Virus record (IMG/VR): IMGVR_UViG_3300008050_007409
Length of the DNA stretch: 64,000 nt
Strand: one strand, 5' to 3'
Source: a virus
Shown in pieces: positions 1 to 9,814 of this stretch (positions are counted from its first letter, which is position 1; the number at the start of each line of letters is the position of its first letter). A program made the translations under genes and the position numbers. The notes beneath the pieces were generated by a model. The model was not told the origin of the DNA. It was given only the letters and a program-made list of their open reading frames with translations, and made no database searches.

Positions 1-1513
1 GCTCCCAGTTGAAGAAGGCGATGCCTCCCGACTTCGGCCCCCGCTTGATCAAGGAGAAGAAGTCCTGCATGACGCGGGAGCGGTGGCAGATGAACTTGTT
101 CCCCTGCTTGTCCCACTTCACCTTCTCCTTGAGGCGGCCGACGTACTGGTACTGGATGATCCGCTGGGCGCCCAGCTTCTTCTGCATGATCCGGTTGGTG
201 TGGAAGCCGAAGCCCCAGTCAGCCCCGATGCGGTTCACACCGAAGACTCGGATCCACATGATCATGTCCTCGACCACGTAGTCAGGGTCGGTCTCTCGGC
301 CCTCGTAGCGCTTGGCGAAGATGCACCGGAACCTGCCTCGGCTGTCGTAGTTCCAGATCGAGATCACGGAGTAGCTCTGGTCGCCAGTACCCCAGTCGAT
401 GCCCGCCCAGGAGAAGCTCTGCTTCATGCCCTTGGCAGGGCTGTCGATCATCTCGTAGTCCTGGACGCAGCAGTCCCGGACCTCCTGCAGGGTCACAGGC
501 TTGAGGCCAGCGTCGTAGCTGCGCCCCATGACCTCGTTCATCCACTTCTGGCGCGGGTACCGCTTGTGCTTGAGCAGCAGCCCCTGCCACATCCGGTTAA
601 AGATGTCGGGCTGGTGGCGGTAGGAGTAGACCACGATGGGCTGGCAGAGGTGGAAGCCCTCCCACTCCGCGTTCTCAGACCCCAGACGTACCCACTGAGA
701 CAGGCCGTCGACCGGGTTGATCTCCTTGGAGCACTCCTTGCACTTCAGGCCGGTGGGACCGATGTGGTCCTCGTCGATGACCGCCCACTTCCCGCAGCCG
801 CACTTGGTCATCCACTCGTTCTGGGTGGAGTGCCTGCTCCAGTAGAACTCGAGGGCGTTGTCGAAGGTCTTCGGCGTGCCAGCGTAGATGGAGAGAGGTC
901 CGCCGGCGAGCTCCGAACGGAAGAGGACCTCCTCGATGACCGGCAGGATGTCGATGATGATGTCCTGGATCTCGTCGATAGCCAGGAGGTCTGAGGCGAT
1001 ACCGCGGACACGGTCTGCGTTCCGGTAGGCGGCGCGGAGGGCGATCTTCGCCTCGGTGACCCACCGCTTCGTCTGGACGTTCTGCGTCTGTAGGTGTCCC
1101 TTCAGGCCGACGCCGACCATACGCTGCAGGATGGGGGACGTAGCGATCACAGCCCGGAGCCGCTCGTCGCTGAACTCCCGCATCTGCGTGTCGGAGGCGC
1201 TGACGTAGAGGGCCCGGAGGAACGGGATCAGGTTGCAGAGCGCGATGAGCAGGTTGCCCAGGGTCGTGCTCTTCTCCGACTGCCGGCCGAACATCAGCAG
1301 CAGGTTCCGCCGGTAGACCTCCTCCATGTGGTCGGTGAGTTCGTTCAGCCGCTCGATCGGCGTCGCCGGCAGGTCGTAGATCTCGTCGAGCCACGGCCGC
1401 CTGAGGAGCTCGATGGGCTCTCCCTTGTGACGGATGGCGAGCTCGGTGAACTCCAGGGGAGTCAGCTCGAGGTTCCCTTCGTCCTCCTCAGCTATGTTGT
1501 GGGCATGCTGCAC
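1..1513 (-). CDS. Terminase large subunit (3' end runs off the window)
   Basis: Not in the ORF track; read manually on the minus strand from a GTG at 1513. Contains LLLMFGRQSEKSTT (Walker A), LAIDEIQD (Walker B), AGTPKT coupling motif and FSWAGIDWG (RNase H-like nuclease motif), plus Cys pairs. Confidence 0.88.
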   Translation of the reverse strand, partial: MQHAHNIAEEDEGNLELTPLEFTELAIRHKGEPIELLRRPWLDEIYDLPATPIERLNELTDHMEEVYRRNLLLMFGRQSEKSTTLGNLLIALCNLIPFLRALYVSASDTQMREFSDERLRAVIATSPILQRMVGVGLKGHLQTQNVQTKRWVTEAKIALRAAYRNADRVRGIASDLLAIDEIQDIIIDILPVIEEVLFRSELAGGPLSIYAGTPKTFDNALEFYWSRHSTQNEWMTKCGCGKWAVIDEDHIGPTGLKCKECSKEINPVDGLSQWVRLGSENAEWEGFHLCQPIVVYSYRHQPDIFNRMWQGLLLKHKRYPRQKWMNEVMGRSYDAGLKPVTLQEVRDCCVQDYEMIDSPAKGMKQSFSWAGIDWGTGDQSYSVISIWNYDSRGRFRCIFAKRYEGRETDPDYVVEDMIMWIRVFGVNRIGADWGFGFHTNRIMQKKLGAQRIIQYQYVGRLKEKVKWDKQGNKFICHRSRVMQDFFSLIKRGPKSGGIAFFNWE

Positions 1514-1939
1514 GTCCCTGACCTCACGCCTCTACTCGCGGTCCTGGAGAAGGTCTCCGCGGGGAGGATCATAGCGGGTGTAGATCAGAGCGAAACGGGG
1601 ACTGGGGTAGTCCTCCGGATCCCTGTCAGGAGTGCGGCGCCGGGGGACCGGAAGGATGTCGAGGCTCGCCGCTACGTCCGGTCCTGGCTCCGGGATGCAC
1701 TGAAAGACCTGAAGGGCCTGCGCATCACCACCAGGTGCACCCCAGTCGATCCCCACCAGGTAGCTTGGACCCCCACAGGCGGCCGTCCCATCCCTGTCCG
1801 CCTCATGCTGGAGATCTCCCTCGACCTGGTGAAGGAGGGGGAGATCGACGAGTGGAAGAGGAAGAAGGAGAAGCGGCATGCGGCTGCGAAGAAGTCCTTC
1901 TACGAGGAGCTGGCGACGGAGAAGTCGTCCGACTCGTAG
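1505..1939 (+). CDS. Hypothetical protein (144 aa), antisense to neighbouring genes
   Basis: C-terminal part of ORF 1094..1939 from ATG 1505. Protein-like composition; TATGTT lies 6 nt upstream of the ATG. Confidence 0.6.
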   Translation: MLHVPDLTPLLAVLEKVSAGRIIAGVDQSETGTGVVLRIPVRSAAPGDRKDVEARRYVRSWLRDALKDLKGLRITTRCTPVDPHQVAWTPTGGRPIPVRLMLEISLDLVKEGEIDEWKRKKEKRHAAAKKSFYEELATEKSSDS

Positions 1940-2289
1940 ATCAGGGTGTAGCGACCCGTCTTGGCGTCGCGGGAGAAGTGCTTGACGTCCGACCAGCTGG
2001 CGACCAGGCGGCTGTGGGTGATCCGCCAGGAGGTGTCCGAGATGGTCGCAGCCAGGTTGCTGTCCAGCTCCAGGGTGGTCTCGTCCGTGACCGAGAGGAC
2101 CTCGAACTCGCCCTGACCCGAGATGAAGACGACGTCGCCGGTGACGACGCCGTCCGTCTGGAAGGTCGCGTCGGCGTCAACCCACGTCGCGTCGCTGACG
2201 CTTCCGCCGCCGGCGCTTCCTTCGGCGCGGAGCGTCCCGTTCAGCTTCTTGTCCAGGTCGTCGCTGTGGATGGTCTTCTTGATGATCAT
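1900..2289 (-). CDS. Small virion-type protein carrying one copy of the tail beta-repeat
   Basis: DATFQTDGVVTGDVVFISGQGEFEVLSVTDETTLELD matches the repeat seen in the baseplate/tail proteins at 44-58 kb. Confidence 0.7.
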   Translation of the reverse strand: MIIKKTIHSDDLDKKLNGTLRAEGSAGGGSVSDATWVDADATFQTDGVVTGDVVFISGQGEFEVLSVTDETTLELDSNLAATISDTSWRITHSRLVASWSDVKHFSRDAKTGRYTLIYESDDFSVASSS

Positions 2290-2743
2290 GAGCTTGCACC
2301 TGTGTGTCGAGGCGGGAAAGGAGGTCGTCCTTGAGGAGCTGATCCGCCATCGGGTTCGAGGCCCAACCTACCACCCTGACGTGGAATGTCGCCAGCGCCT
2401 CAGCGGGCTGATCGGCAGGTGCGGTGGCCTTCACCGGGATGGGGGCACCCAAGGCCAGCCTGGTCTTGGAGTCCTCGTAGGAGGTGTAGTCCGCCTGGAC
2501 GTCCACCTTCGGGAAGCCGTCGTCGTCCTTCGGCTGCCTGCGGAAGGCGTGGCGGAAAGAGTCCTGCAGCTCCTCACCGAACTGGGCCGAGAACTCGGTG
2601 AGCTCTCCAGGCGGCCAGAAGTGGTAGATCAGGTCTTCGCCCTCCTCAGAGAGTTCGACCTGGAACGTCTCGAAGACCCTCAGATCCCAGTGGAATCGGG
2701 CCTGTCGGAGATCAACCCCGCTCGACGAGCTTTGCTGTGACAT
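2177..2743 (-). CDS. Hypothetical protein
   Basis: Likely start is ATG 2743 (MSQQSS...). The Arg-rich C-terminus overlaps the next gene by 113 nt. Confidence 0.6.
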   Translation of the reverse strand: MSQQSSSSGVDLRQARFHWDLRVFETFQVELSEEGEDLIYHFWPPGELTEFSAQFGEELQDSFRHAFRRQPKDDDGFPKVDVQADYTSYEDSKTRLALGAPIPVKATAPADQPAEALATFHVRVVGWASNPMADQLLKDDLLSRLDTQVQAHDHQEDHPQRRPGQEAERDAPRRRKRRRRKRQRRDVG

Positions 2744-3593
2744 CGATGACCTTCTCCTCTTCCGCTTCCTGGGCAAGAAGATCTTCGTAGGAGGGGATCC
2801 TGCGAGTCTTCTTCCGCTTCCGCATCCGGAACGCCGAGAGTTCCTTCTTGATCGTATCAGCAAGGCCGGCACTGCGCATGTCCCGACGCTGCTGGATGGC
2901 GTCATCGGCCACTCGAGCCAGGGCGGCGATTCCCATGATGTGGGTGCCGCTGAGCTTCGTTCCCTCCGCCCGGGCGATCTGCACCTGCTCATTGGCCAGG
3001 GCGATCACGTTGTCGTAGAACTCCTCGTCCTCGATCCGGTGTCGCAGTCCCAGGATGCCGTAGGTGGCTGCCATGTCGCCCGAGTAGGCGATCAGCTGGG
3101 TCTGGTTCTCGTCTTGCACCTGGAGGAAGGCGAAGATCCCAGACTGGCTCATCTCGGCCAGGTTCCAGAAGAAGTGGGCGTAGAACTCCAAGGCCTTCAA
3201 GCTGGGGACACGGAGCTCCCCGTACTTCAGGACCATCTGATCCCGAGCCTTGGACACGTTCCACTCCAGGAGGAGCAGGTGCTCGAGGTCGGGGCGCGGT
3301 CCGGCCTCGCCGGTAGAGGCGTAGAGGAAGTCGATGGCCTTGGTGGTCTCCGGCCCCTGCTTCCAGAGGTCCAGGATCTTCCGGTCCCTGAGCCACCGGT
3401 ACAGCCGAGTGTTCGTGGGGGTCAGGTCTGCACGCCAGTACGAGGGGATGCCTCCCAGCTCACGTCGGAGCTGGTTGAGATCTGACTCCTTAGGCTGCAC
3501 CAGCGACTTCGACTGGCAGACGCTCATGATCTCTGGATCAGTGAGCTGTCGGGAGAGGAGGTAGAGCAGGTACCGGCGGTGCGGGTACTCCAC
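2712..3593 (-). CDS. Hypothetical helical protein (possible terminase small subunit, by position only)
   Basis: 293-aa ORF translationally coupled to its neighbour and lying upstream of the terminase gene. Confidence 0.6.
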   Translation of the reverse strand: MEYPHRRYLLYLLSRQLTDPEIMSVCQSKSLVQPKESDLNQLRRELGGIPSYWRADLTPTNTRLYRWLRDRKILDLWKQGPETTKAIDFLYASTGEAGPRPDLEHLLLLEWNVSKARDQMVLKYGELRVPSLKALEFYAHFFWNLAEMSQSGIFAFLQVQDENQTQLIAYSGDMAATYGILGLRHRIEDEEFYDNVIALANEQVQIARAEGTKLSGTHIMGIAALARVADDAIQQRRDMRSAGLADTIKKELSAFRMRKRKKTRRIPSYEDLLAQEAEEEKVIDVTAKLVERG

Positions 3594-4138
3594 TACTTCC
3601 GCCAGGGCGCTCGGACACGGTGGTCGATGGGGATGCCCTCACCCCCTTCCCGCAAGGACTTCTTGATCCCGCGACCGGCCCCACGGCCGATGTTCTCGGA
3701 CTCGTTCGTGATCTCGTGCACCAGCTTCTTGGTGTGCTGGTCCATGGCCTCGCTCAGCTCCCTGCGGGCGTTCTTCACCACCTTCTGGGAGCTGTTCTCG
3801 AACTGATCCCCGAGAGGCTTGGCGGCCTCCCTCGCTGAGTCGATCACCCAGGCGCGAGCCCGTCCCGCCAGGTGAGGGAGGGTGGCCCCTACGGACCCGC
3901 CAAGAGCGGTGGTGCTGATGCCTCGAAGGACTCGGAAATCCCTACGGTCCTTCCACTCCTTCGAGGAGATCAACCCCTGGCGGAGTCGGTCGTCGTCCTT
4001 CCACTGGTCGTTGATGGCCCCCTCGAAGCCTCTCTTCGCACCCAGGGCTGCACCCATGCCGGACGTGATCGCGACGGTAGGGATCTTGTACTTGGCCACC
4101 TTCTCCATCTCGGAGGCGAAGGCATGGAGCTTGGACAT
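3593..4138 (-). CDS. Basic protein with FxxExxKxA leader and glycine-rich hydrophobic segments
   Basis: Starts MSKLHAFASEMEKVA; contains GMGAALG and GGSVGATL segments; RBS GGAG upstream. Confidence 0.75.
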   Translation of the reverse strand: MSKLHAFASEMEKVAKYKIPTVAITSGMGAALGAKRGFEGAINDQWKDDDRLRQGLISSKEWKDRRDFRVLRGISTTALGGSVGATLPHLAGRARAWVIDSAREAAKPLGDQFENSSQKVVKNARRELSEAMDQHTKKLVHEITNESENIGRGAGRGIKKSLREGGEGIPIDHRVRAPWRK

Positions 4139-4148
4139 CGGAGGTCTC

Positions 4149-6149
4149 CTACTGGATCTTGCGCCGAATCTCCATGAGACCTCCGATCACATCGCTGAGG
4201 CTCTTCATGGCACGACAGGCCGCGGACTCACGTACCTCGTCCAACCCCATGCGGCTGGCGACGACGATCTCGGCGAGCTTGTTGGCGGTCTTCTCGAACT
4301 CCGGGAGGGCTTCGATGAAGGCCGAGACGTTCTCGGGGGTGATGAAGTTCAAGGAGAGGACAGCGTCCAGGTTCTCCCGGTCGATCACCACGGACGCCTG
4401 CTTGTAGAGCAGGTGCGCCTTGGGCATGCACAGCAGAGCGACCTCACGCACCAGGTCGTGGCGGAGGTGGTCCGTGTTCCTGACCACGGCGGCAGCCTGC
4501 TTGATCATCGCCGCAGTCGCCAGCTCCTCGGACACCACCCGGCGGGTGCCAGGGATCTTGAGAGGGCTGGAGGCCGCGGCCGACTTCTCCAGGACGGTGG
4601 GGATCTGACCGCCAGGGACTCCCAGAGCTCCCAGGGCGAAGCCTGCCTCCTCCACGCTCATGACCCGGTCGTAGCCGGCGAGCTCGGCGTTGCGGCCGCG
4701 CAGGCTGTAGGACGTGCCGTCCGAGACCACCTCGACGGCGTTGATGTCCATCGCCACCTTCTCCGCCTGGAGCTGGTTGATGAGCTCGGGGTTGTCCTGG
4801 ACACTGATCTGCTTCCCACGCAGCGGGAGGAAGACCATCGATCCGGGGATGGCGTACTTGCCGGGGCCGAGGCTGGCGATCTTCTTCAGGCTGGGGGAGG
4901 GCATCAGCTCGATGGACTCCCCGGTGCTGACTCGGACGGCCAGGTAGCTGGCGACCTTCTCGGCGCCCTCGCCAGTCGTGACCCGGTTGGTGATCTTGAC
5001 CGGCTCGGTGGCGATGCCCTGAGCTCCGGCCTGGTAGACGAAGACACCCAGGCCGGAGGGGGTGCAGGCTGGGAGGGTGAAGTCCTTGACGTGTACGCCG
5101 GCCAGCTTCTGGAGGGCGTGGCACTCCTTCCCGGAGAAGACCGCGTGGTCCAGCATGTCGCCGTCGAAGGTCAGGGTGCGGGGTACGACGATGCCCAGGA
5201 TCTCCCTGGTTCCGGAGAGGGCCTGGTAGACGCCGACGGTCGACGCATCCTGAGCCCGCTTCTCCATCCGAGGACCGTCCGTGGTCGAGTCCAGGGTCAA
5301 GACCAGGCTGCCCTTCTCGCGGAGCGTCGCCATCTTCTCCATGCCCAGCAGCTGCTGGACCTCGACGACGTTCCGGCGCTCCTCGACGACTCGGAAGCAG
5401 CGGGAGTTGGCGTGCTTGACCAGGTAGCCAGCCCCATCCTCTGTGATCTGGATCACGTTCGGAGGGGTGTTGACCCGTCGCTGGACTCGGATGTCGCCGG
5501 CGGTCTTCTCCTTCCCACCGCCCACGGCGAGGAGAGCGGCCTTCAGTGCGGGAGTGCCCTCGAAGATGGTGCGGAGTCCCTTGGACGATCCGACCTTCAC
5601 GAAGAGCGCCTTGCGGTCCTCCTCTCGGATGGTGTGCGCCACCTTCTCGAGGACGGAGCTGGTCTTGAAGAAGCCGCCGGAGCCACCGGATCGGCCGGAG
5701 CTCGTGGGGGGTCCGATCTGGTTGCCGATCCCTCCGCCGAGGACGTCGCCCTTCTTGGCCGGCGTGCCGAAGACGTCCGGTTGGAACAGCACTCGCTCGA
5801 CGGCCTCCTTGGTCATGGGCTGGAGCTGGCCGTCGTGCGAGAACACGTCGAAGGGGGACAGGTTCTTCTCCCGCACGATGATGGGGAAGACGACCAGGCT
5901 CTTCTGCTTGATCGCTGCGTCCTTCTCCATGCCCATCGGGTAGACCAGCAGCTTGCCGATCCCGTAGCCGCGGCTCCCGTCCACGCGCTCCAGCTCCGCG
6001 TCCATCTCGAAGGACTTGAGGAAGGGCATGTCCTTGTAGGCGGCGGAGATGATCTCAGGAGCCCAGTCCGTGGGCTCCTTCTGGAGCCGGGTGTCCAGGG
6101 CCACCTTCTCGATCCCCACGGAGGTGTCGACAGTCAGGCTGATGTGCAT
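4149..6149 (-). CDS. Putative head/inner-core protein with many K-x-A sites
   Basis: 666 aa with strong codon bias and repeated EKVA/EKTA/KIAS/KQAA/EKSA motifs. Confidence 0.75.
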   Translation of the reverse strand: MHISLTVDTSVGIEKVALDTRLQKEPTDWAPEIISAAYKDMPFLKSFEMDAELERVDGSRGYGIGKLLVYPMGMEKDAAIKQKSLVVFPIIVREKNLSPFDVFSHDGQLQPMTKEAVERVLFQPDVFGTPAKKGDVLGGGIGNQIGPPTSSGRSGGSGGFFKTSSVLEKVAHTIREEDRKALFVKVGSSKGLRTIFEGTPALKAALLAVGGGKEKTAGDIRVQRRVNTPPNVIQITEDGAGYLVKHANSRCFRVVEERRNVVEVQQLLGMEKMATLREKGSLVLTLDSTTDGPRMEKRAQDASTVGVYQALSGTREILGIVVPRTLTFDGDMLDHAVFSGKECHALQKLAGVHVKDFTLPACTPSGLGVFVYQAGAQGIATEPVKITNRVTTGEGAEKVASYLAVRVSTGESIELMPSPSLKKIASLGPGKYAIPGSMVFLPLRGKQISVQDNPELINQLQAEKVAMDINAVEVVSDGTSYSLRGRNAELAGYDRVMSVEEAGFALGALGVPGGQIPTVLEKSAAASSPLKIPGTRRVVSEELATAAMIKQAAAVVRNTDHLRHDLVREVALLCMPKAHLLYKQASVVIDRENLDAVLSLNFITPENVSAFIEALPEFEKTANKLAEIVVASRMGLDEVRESAACRAMKSLSDVIGGLMEIRRKIQ

Positions 6150-6158
6150 GGGAGATCC

Positions 6159-7415
6159 TTAGAAGTGGGAGGTGACTTCGTCGATGGTGTCTTCCACCTG
6201 AGCACGCCTCGTATCCTGACCGTCAGTGTGCTCGCTAACGGTCACGCCGATCAAGTCGAAGAAGGACTGCAGGTGGTTGATGGGGTTGTCGGCGGTCACG
6301 ACGCCTACGATACCACCGAAGATAGCCTCTGATCCCAGATCGGGCTTGTTGTCTCCGGCGAGGGCCTCGGCGATGAAGTTGTTCATGCCTCCGGTCGCGC
6401 TGTCGGGATCTCCAGCATCCAGAGGGCCTACCTGGATCCAGATGAAGTTCCCGCCCTCGAGGAGAGTGGCCAACGCCAGGAGCTGTTGGATGATGTCTCC
6501 GACCTCGATGGCGAGCTCGGCCAAGATCTCCGCCTTCTTCGCCAGCAGCTCGGCCAGCTCCTCCAGGGGGTTGCCGCCCGGCATGCGTAGAGCGTCGACG
6601 ACAGCACGCAGACGCTCCAGCAGAGCATGGATAGGCGGAAAGATCCGAGCCATCGGGATCGACATCCACTTCGGGAAGGAGCCGGGCTTGAAGGACCAGT
6701 CGTTGATGGTCTCGTCGAACTCGTCTCCGAGGGCCATCTGAATGGCGTCCTTGACAGAGTTCGGGCTCTTCACCCAGAGGTGCACCGCCTCGGAGTAAAG
6801 AGCGGACTTGGCCCTCATCAGCGCCCTCGTCTGGGCGGGTCCGTCGAGCTTGGCCTGGTCGAAGATCTCCTTGGCGTCGCTGAAGTCCGTCAAGGCGTCC
6901 AGCAGCTCTGTGATGTCTCCGATGTTGTCGAAGGACGGGACGCCGAGGACGTAGATGAACCCCGCCACCATGGTCTCGCTGTCCGTGAGAGGTCGGAAGG
7001 GATCCGCCTCGTTCTGTGCACTGGCCGCGATGTCCAGGAGCCAGCCATCGAGACCCGTTGCCTTCCAGGGGAGATCACGCGCCTCAGTCCAGTTCGGAAC
7101 TCCTCTTCTCCTGTCGTAGGGCACCGTCTCGATGTCCCAGACCCACTCCGGGTTCCAGGTCATGTTGACGTGAAAGGCCAGCGCCGCGTTGGTCTGGAGG
7201 ATGTCGAGGATCATCGCTTCGAGCGTGTCGATCGTAGCGTTGAGGATCGCCGTGATGATGTCGCTGTCCGGCAGCAGGAAGGCTGCGATCACGCGCAGGG
7301 CAGCCGCCACCGCTGTCAGGAAGCCGGCGACGGTGTTGGAGGCGCTCTCGACGGTCTCCGCCAGGCTCTCGACTGGCGAGAGATCGATCCCGGTGAGTGG
7401 ACTCCATTCAGCCAC
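6159..7415 (-). CDS. Hypothetical acidic helical protein, probably structural
   Basis: 418-aa ORF in the morphogenesis operon. Confidence 0.7.
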   Translation of the reverse strand: MAEWSPLTGIDLSPVESLAETVESASNTVAGFLTAVAAALRVIAAFLLPDSDIITAILNATIDTLEAMILDILQTNAALAFHVNMTWNPEWVWDIETVPYDRRRGVPNWTEARDLPWKATGLDGWLLDIAASAQNEADPFRPLTDSETMVAGFIYVLGVPSFDNIGDITELLDALTDFSDAKEIFDQAKLDGPAQTRALMRAKSALYSEAVHLWVKSPNSVKDAIQMALGDEFDETINDWSFKPGSFPKWMSIPMARIFPPIHALLERLRAVVDALRMPGGNPLEELAELLAKKAEILAELAIEVGDIIQQLLALATLLEGGNFIWIQVGPLDAGDPDSATGGMNNFIAEALAGDNKPDLGSEAIFGGIVGVVTADNPINHLQSFFDLIGVTVSEHTDGQDTRRAQVEDTIDEVTSHF

Positions 7416-7572
7416 GGGACTTCGCCGCCTGCTTCAAGAGCTGCTCCGCCTTCCGAGCCTCCACGAGAGCCTGCTCCTCCAGGTGCTTCTGGACCGGACG
7501 GAGGCTCTCCGCCAAGGCCCGGAGGGAGCTGGGCTTGACGTTCTTGGCCCACTTCGGCTTCTGATCACTCAC
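7408..7572 (-). CDS. Small hypothetical protein (54 aa)
   Basis: GTG at 7572 overlaps the upstream TGA; reads MSDQKPKWAKNVKPSSLRALAESL... and fills the gap between two genes. Confidence 0.55.
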   Translation of the reverse strand: MSDQKPKWAKNVKPSSLRALAESLRPVQKHLEEQALVEARKAEQLLKQAAKSRG

Positions 7573-8246
7573 ACCACGCTCCCGGTCACCACACCAGCTG
7601 CCGCCGAAGGCGACGCCCCTCCAACGTAAGGCACGGAGGACGTCAGCGTCGAGAGGCCCAGGGCGTAGGCGTCTGCATAGTAGGGGATCGACGCCGCGAG
7701 GTCCGCATTGATCGGTGTTCCCGGCACGTCCTCCTGACCGAAGACCCCCGTGGCCTGCAGAGCAGCAGGGAGGGTCGTCAGCAGGCTGCCCAGCGCGGTG
7801 GCGTAGATGTCTGGGTTCGAGGCGATCACGAAGACCGCTGTCCCGGTACCCACCGTCGTGGACGTGTCCCCCTGCAGGAGGGCCAGGGCCGGGATGTTGA
7901 AGAGCATGTTCTGGATGACGGACTGGGCGAACAGCGCCGAGCTCGCCCCGACCCAGGCCGAGGAGGCCAGGAAGGCGGCCGCGGCTGACGGAGCTCCAGG
8001 CAGGGTGAAGGCGAAGGGCGCGGCTGTACCTCCGGGAGCGGCTGTGCCGGAGATCGCGCCCTTCCACTTGAGCGTCGAGATGGTGGTGGCCAGGCCGCTG
8101 GCCAGTCCCTCGATCAGCTTCTGAGCTGGGTTGTGGGTCACGACCCCGGTGGCGGCGTTGCTCCTCATGGCGACCGCAGCGGTGGGGAAGAGTGCGACGT
8201 GGCCGGTGAAGGTCAGATCGGCCAGGCCTGACCCTGTCAGAGGCAT
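7569..8246 (-). CDS. Ala/Gly-rich hypothetical structural protein
   Basis: 225-aa ORF coupled directly downstream of the spike gene. Confidence 0.7.
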   Translation of the reverse strand: MPLTGSGLADLTFTGHVALFPTAAVAMRSNAATGVVTHNPAQKLIEGLASGLATTISTLKWKGAISGTAAPGGTAAPFAFTLPGAPSAAAAFLASSAWVGASSALFAQSVIQNMLFNIPALALLQGDTSTTVGTGTAVFVIASNPDIYATALGSLLTTLPAALQATGVFGQEDVPGTPINADLAASIPYYADAYALGLSTLTSSVPYVGGASPSAAAGVVTGSVV

Positions 8247-9814
8247 CAGAGGCTCTCACTGACGAATGTTGAGGGCAGAGCCACGGGGCTCGGGATGCCG
8301 CTGGCGCCGACTGAGCTCGCTCCCAGGATGGGAGCACCCGTCACGTAGTCGACGGGGTGGGTGAGGGTGGTGACGACTGCGCCGGCGGCGCCCGCCATGC
8401 CCATGAAGACTGTCCCAAGCTGGTCGATCGAAATCTCCCCAGCCGCTGTGGTGATCTGGATTCCAGTGGCGTTGATCTCCACCTTGGACAACTCGCCGAG
8501 CATGTTCTCCAAGAAGATGGCTCCGGTAGGGGAGATCCGAATCTCTCCGAAGGGGGCCAGCTTCGTGAGCCCCATCGTGATGCGGAGGTCGCTGGTGATT
8601 CCGTGGATGCCGATCTCACCTTGGTTGCAGGTGAGCTGGTAGCCCACATCCTCGCCGGAGAGCCAGTTGGCGTTGGTGATCGTGACCTCCTTCTTCCCGC
8701 TGATGATCTCCTTCGTGTTCCCTCCGACCTTCTCTCGGTAGTCGGCACCGGCGGTGATCTGAGCTGTGCCCGTGGCGACCTCCGCCAGGTCTCCGTTGAC
8801 TGTCCTCTCGACTGCGCCCTTGATCTCTTCAGTGAGCCTGCCCGTGGTCCTGGTGACGGGTCCGCTGATCGTCTCCGTCAGGCTGCCGTTCACCGAAACC
8901 GCCCTGTCCGTACCCACGCTGAGGGAGTCGGACCTGTGCACGACCACGTTCCTGGAGCCGTAGTCGACGGAGCTGATGCCTCGAACCTGCTGGAAGAAGT
9001 CCGCAGCGATGAACTCGATCTTCTTCCCCTCCAGGTTGACGAACTCGCCTCCGCCCTGGATCCTCTGGCAGTTGCCGTCCTTGTCGATCCAGACCTGGTA
9101 GTTGTTGTTGATCAGCAGACGGCCGACGATCTGGCCGTTGCTGCCGTTGATGACCGCCTGGGCGTCCTCGTCAGAGATACGACCCAGCCCCAGGTCGATC
9201 ATGGGGTCCTCGTCGGAGAACTCCTTGACCTGCAGCCGGAACTCGACCGGGTCCTTTCCCGAGCCGTGGGAGTCGTCGCTGGTCCTGGACTTCCACTCGA
9301 GCTTGCCGCCGGCGGCGTTCTGCTCCCAGTTCGAGAAGAACTCCCGGATGGTGTCCTGCAGAGGGAGGTAGATCCTCTGGCTCATCTGCGTGGAGCCGAT
9401 CTCCAAAGAGCCGCCCTTGCGCAGGATGATGAAGGGGTTGGACCCCGGCCCGGAGATCATCTGATCGCCCTGACCGAGCACCGGCCTGTTCATCCGGTGG
9501 TCGTTGGGGTCCTCCTCGTCGTCCGCGTCGTCGAGCTGCCTGGGGAGGCTGGCGCCGGCCATGATGAAGGGGGCCTTCTGGTCGCTGGGGCGGCAGAGCC
9601 AGACGGGCGTGTTGACCTCCGGCATGAAGAAGTTGCCCTGGCCGTCCGCCCCCACGTTCATGGGGTTGATCGGGACGCCCTCGTGGACGCAGTTGTCCGG
9701 CGTCACCACCGTGCACGTGTAGGAGGTGTTGTTCACCTCCTGGATCATCCCCATCGTCACCTTGGACTGGTGCTGGTGGATGTTCGTGGATCCCTGGAAT
9801 CGCCTCTTCCACAT
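8246..9814 (-). CDS. Baseplate central spike / hub protein (gp5/GpV/VgrG-like)
   Basis: N-terminal OB-fold signature (GQGNFFMPEVNTPVWL), then beta-helix repeats (VGTDRAVSVNGSLTETISG, VNGDLAEVATG, VGGNTKEIISG) and a C-terminal tip-like THPVDYVTGAP. Confidence 0.78.
   Translation of the reverse strand: MWKRRFQGSTNIHQHQSKVTMGMIQEVNNTSYTCTVVTPDNCVHEGVPINPMNVGADGQGNFFMPEVNTPVWLCRPSDQKAPFIMAGASLPRQLDDADDEEDPNDHRMNRPVLGQGDQMISGPGSNPFIILRKGGSLEIGSTQMSQRIYLPLQDTIREFFSNWEQNAAGGKLEWKSRTSDDSHGSGKDPVEFRLQVKEFSDEDPMIDLGLGRISDEDAQAVINGSNGQIVGRLLINNNYQVWIDKDGNCQRIQGGGEFVNLEGKKIEFIAADFFQQVRGISSVDYGSRNVVVHRSDSLSVGTDRAVSVNGSLTETISGPVTRTTGRLTEEIKGAVERTVNGDLAEVATGTAQITAGADYREKVGGNTKEIISGKKEVTITNANWLSGEDVGYQLTCNQGEIGIHGITSDLRITMGLTKLAPFGEIRISPTGAIFLENMLGELSKVEINATGIQITTAAGEISIDQLGTVFMGMAGAAGAVVTTLTHPVDYVTGAPILGASSVGASGIPSPVALPSTFVSESL

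Noticed and set aside
1532-1879. Minus-strand 115-aa ORF upstream of the terminase
   Set aside because: Looks like the shadow of the plus-strand 1505-1939 ORF, which has better codon usage and a -10-like element; not fully excluded.
8246-9814. Type VI secretion system or extracellular contractile injection system
   Set aside because: Terminase, portal and a full replication module indicate a DNA-packaging phage; no TssJLM- or ClpV-like genes were seen.
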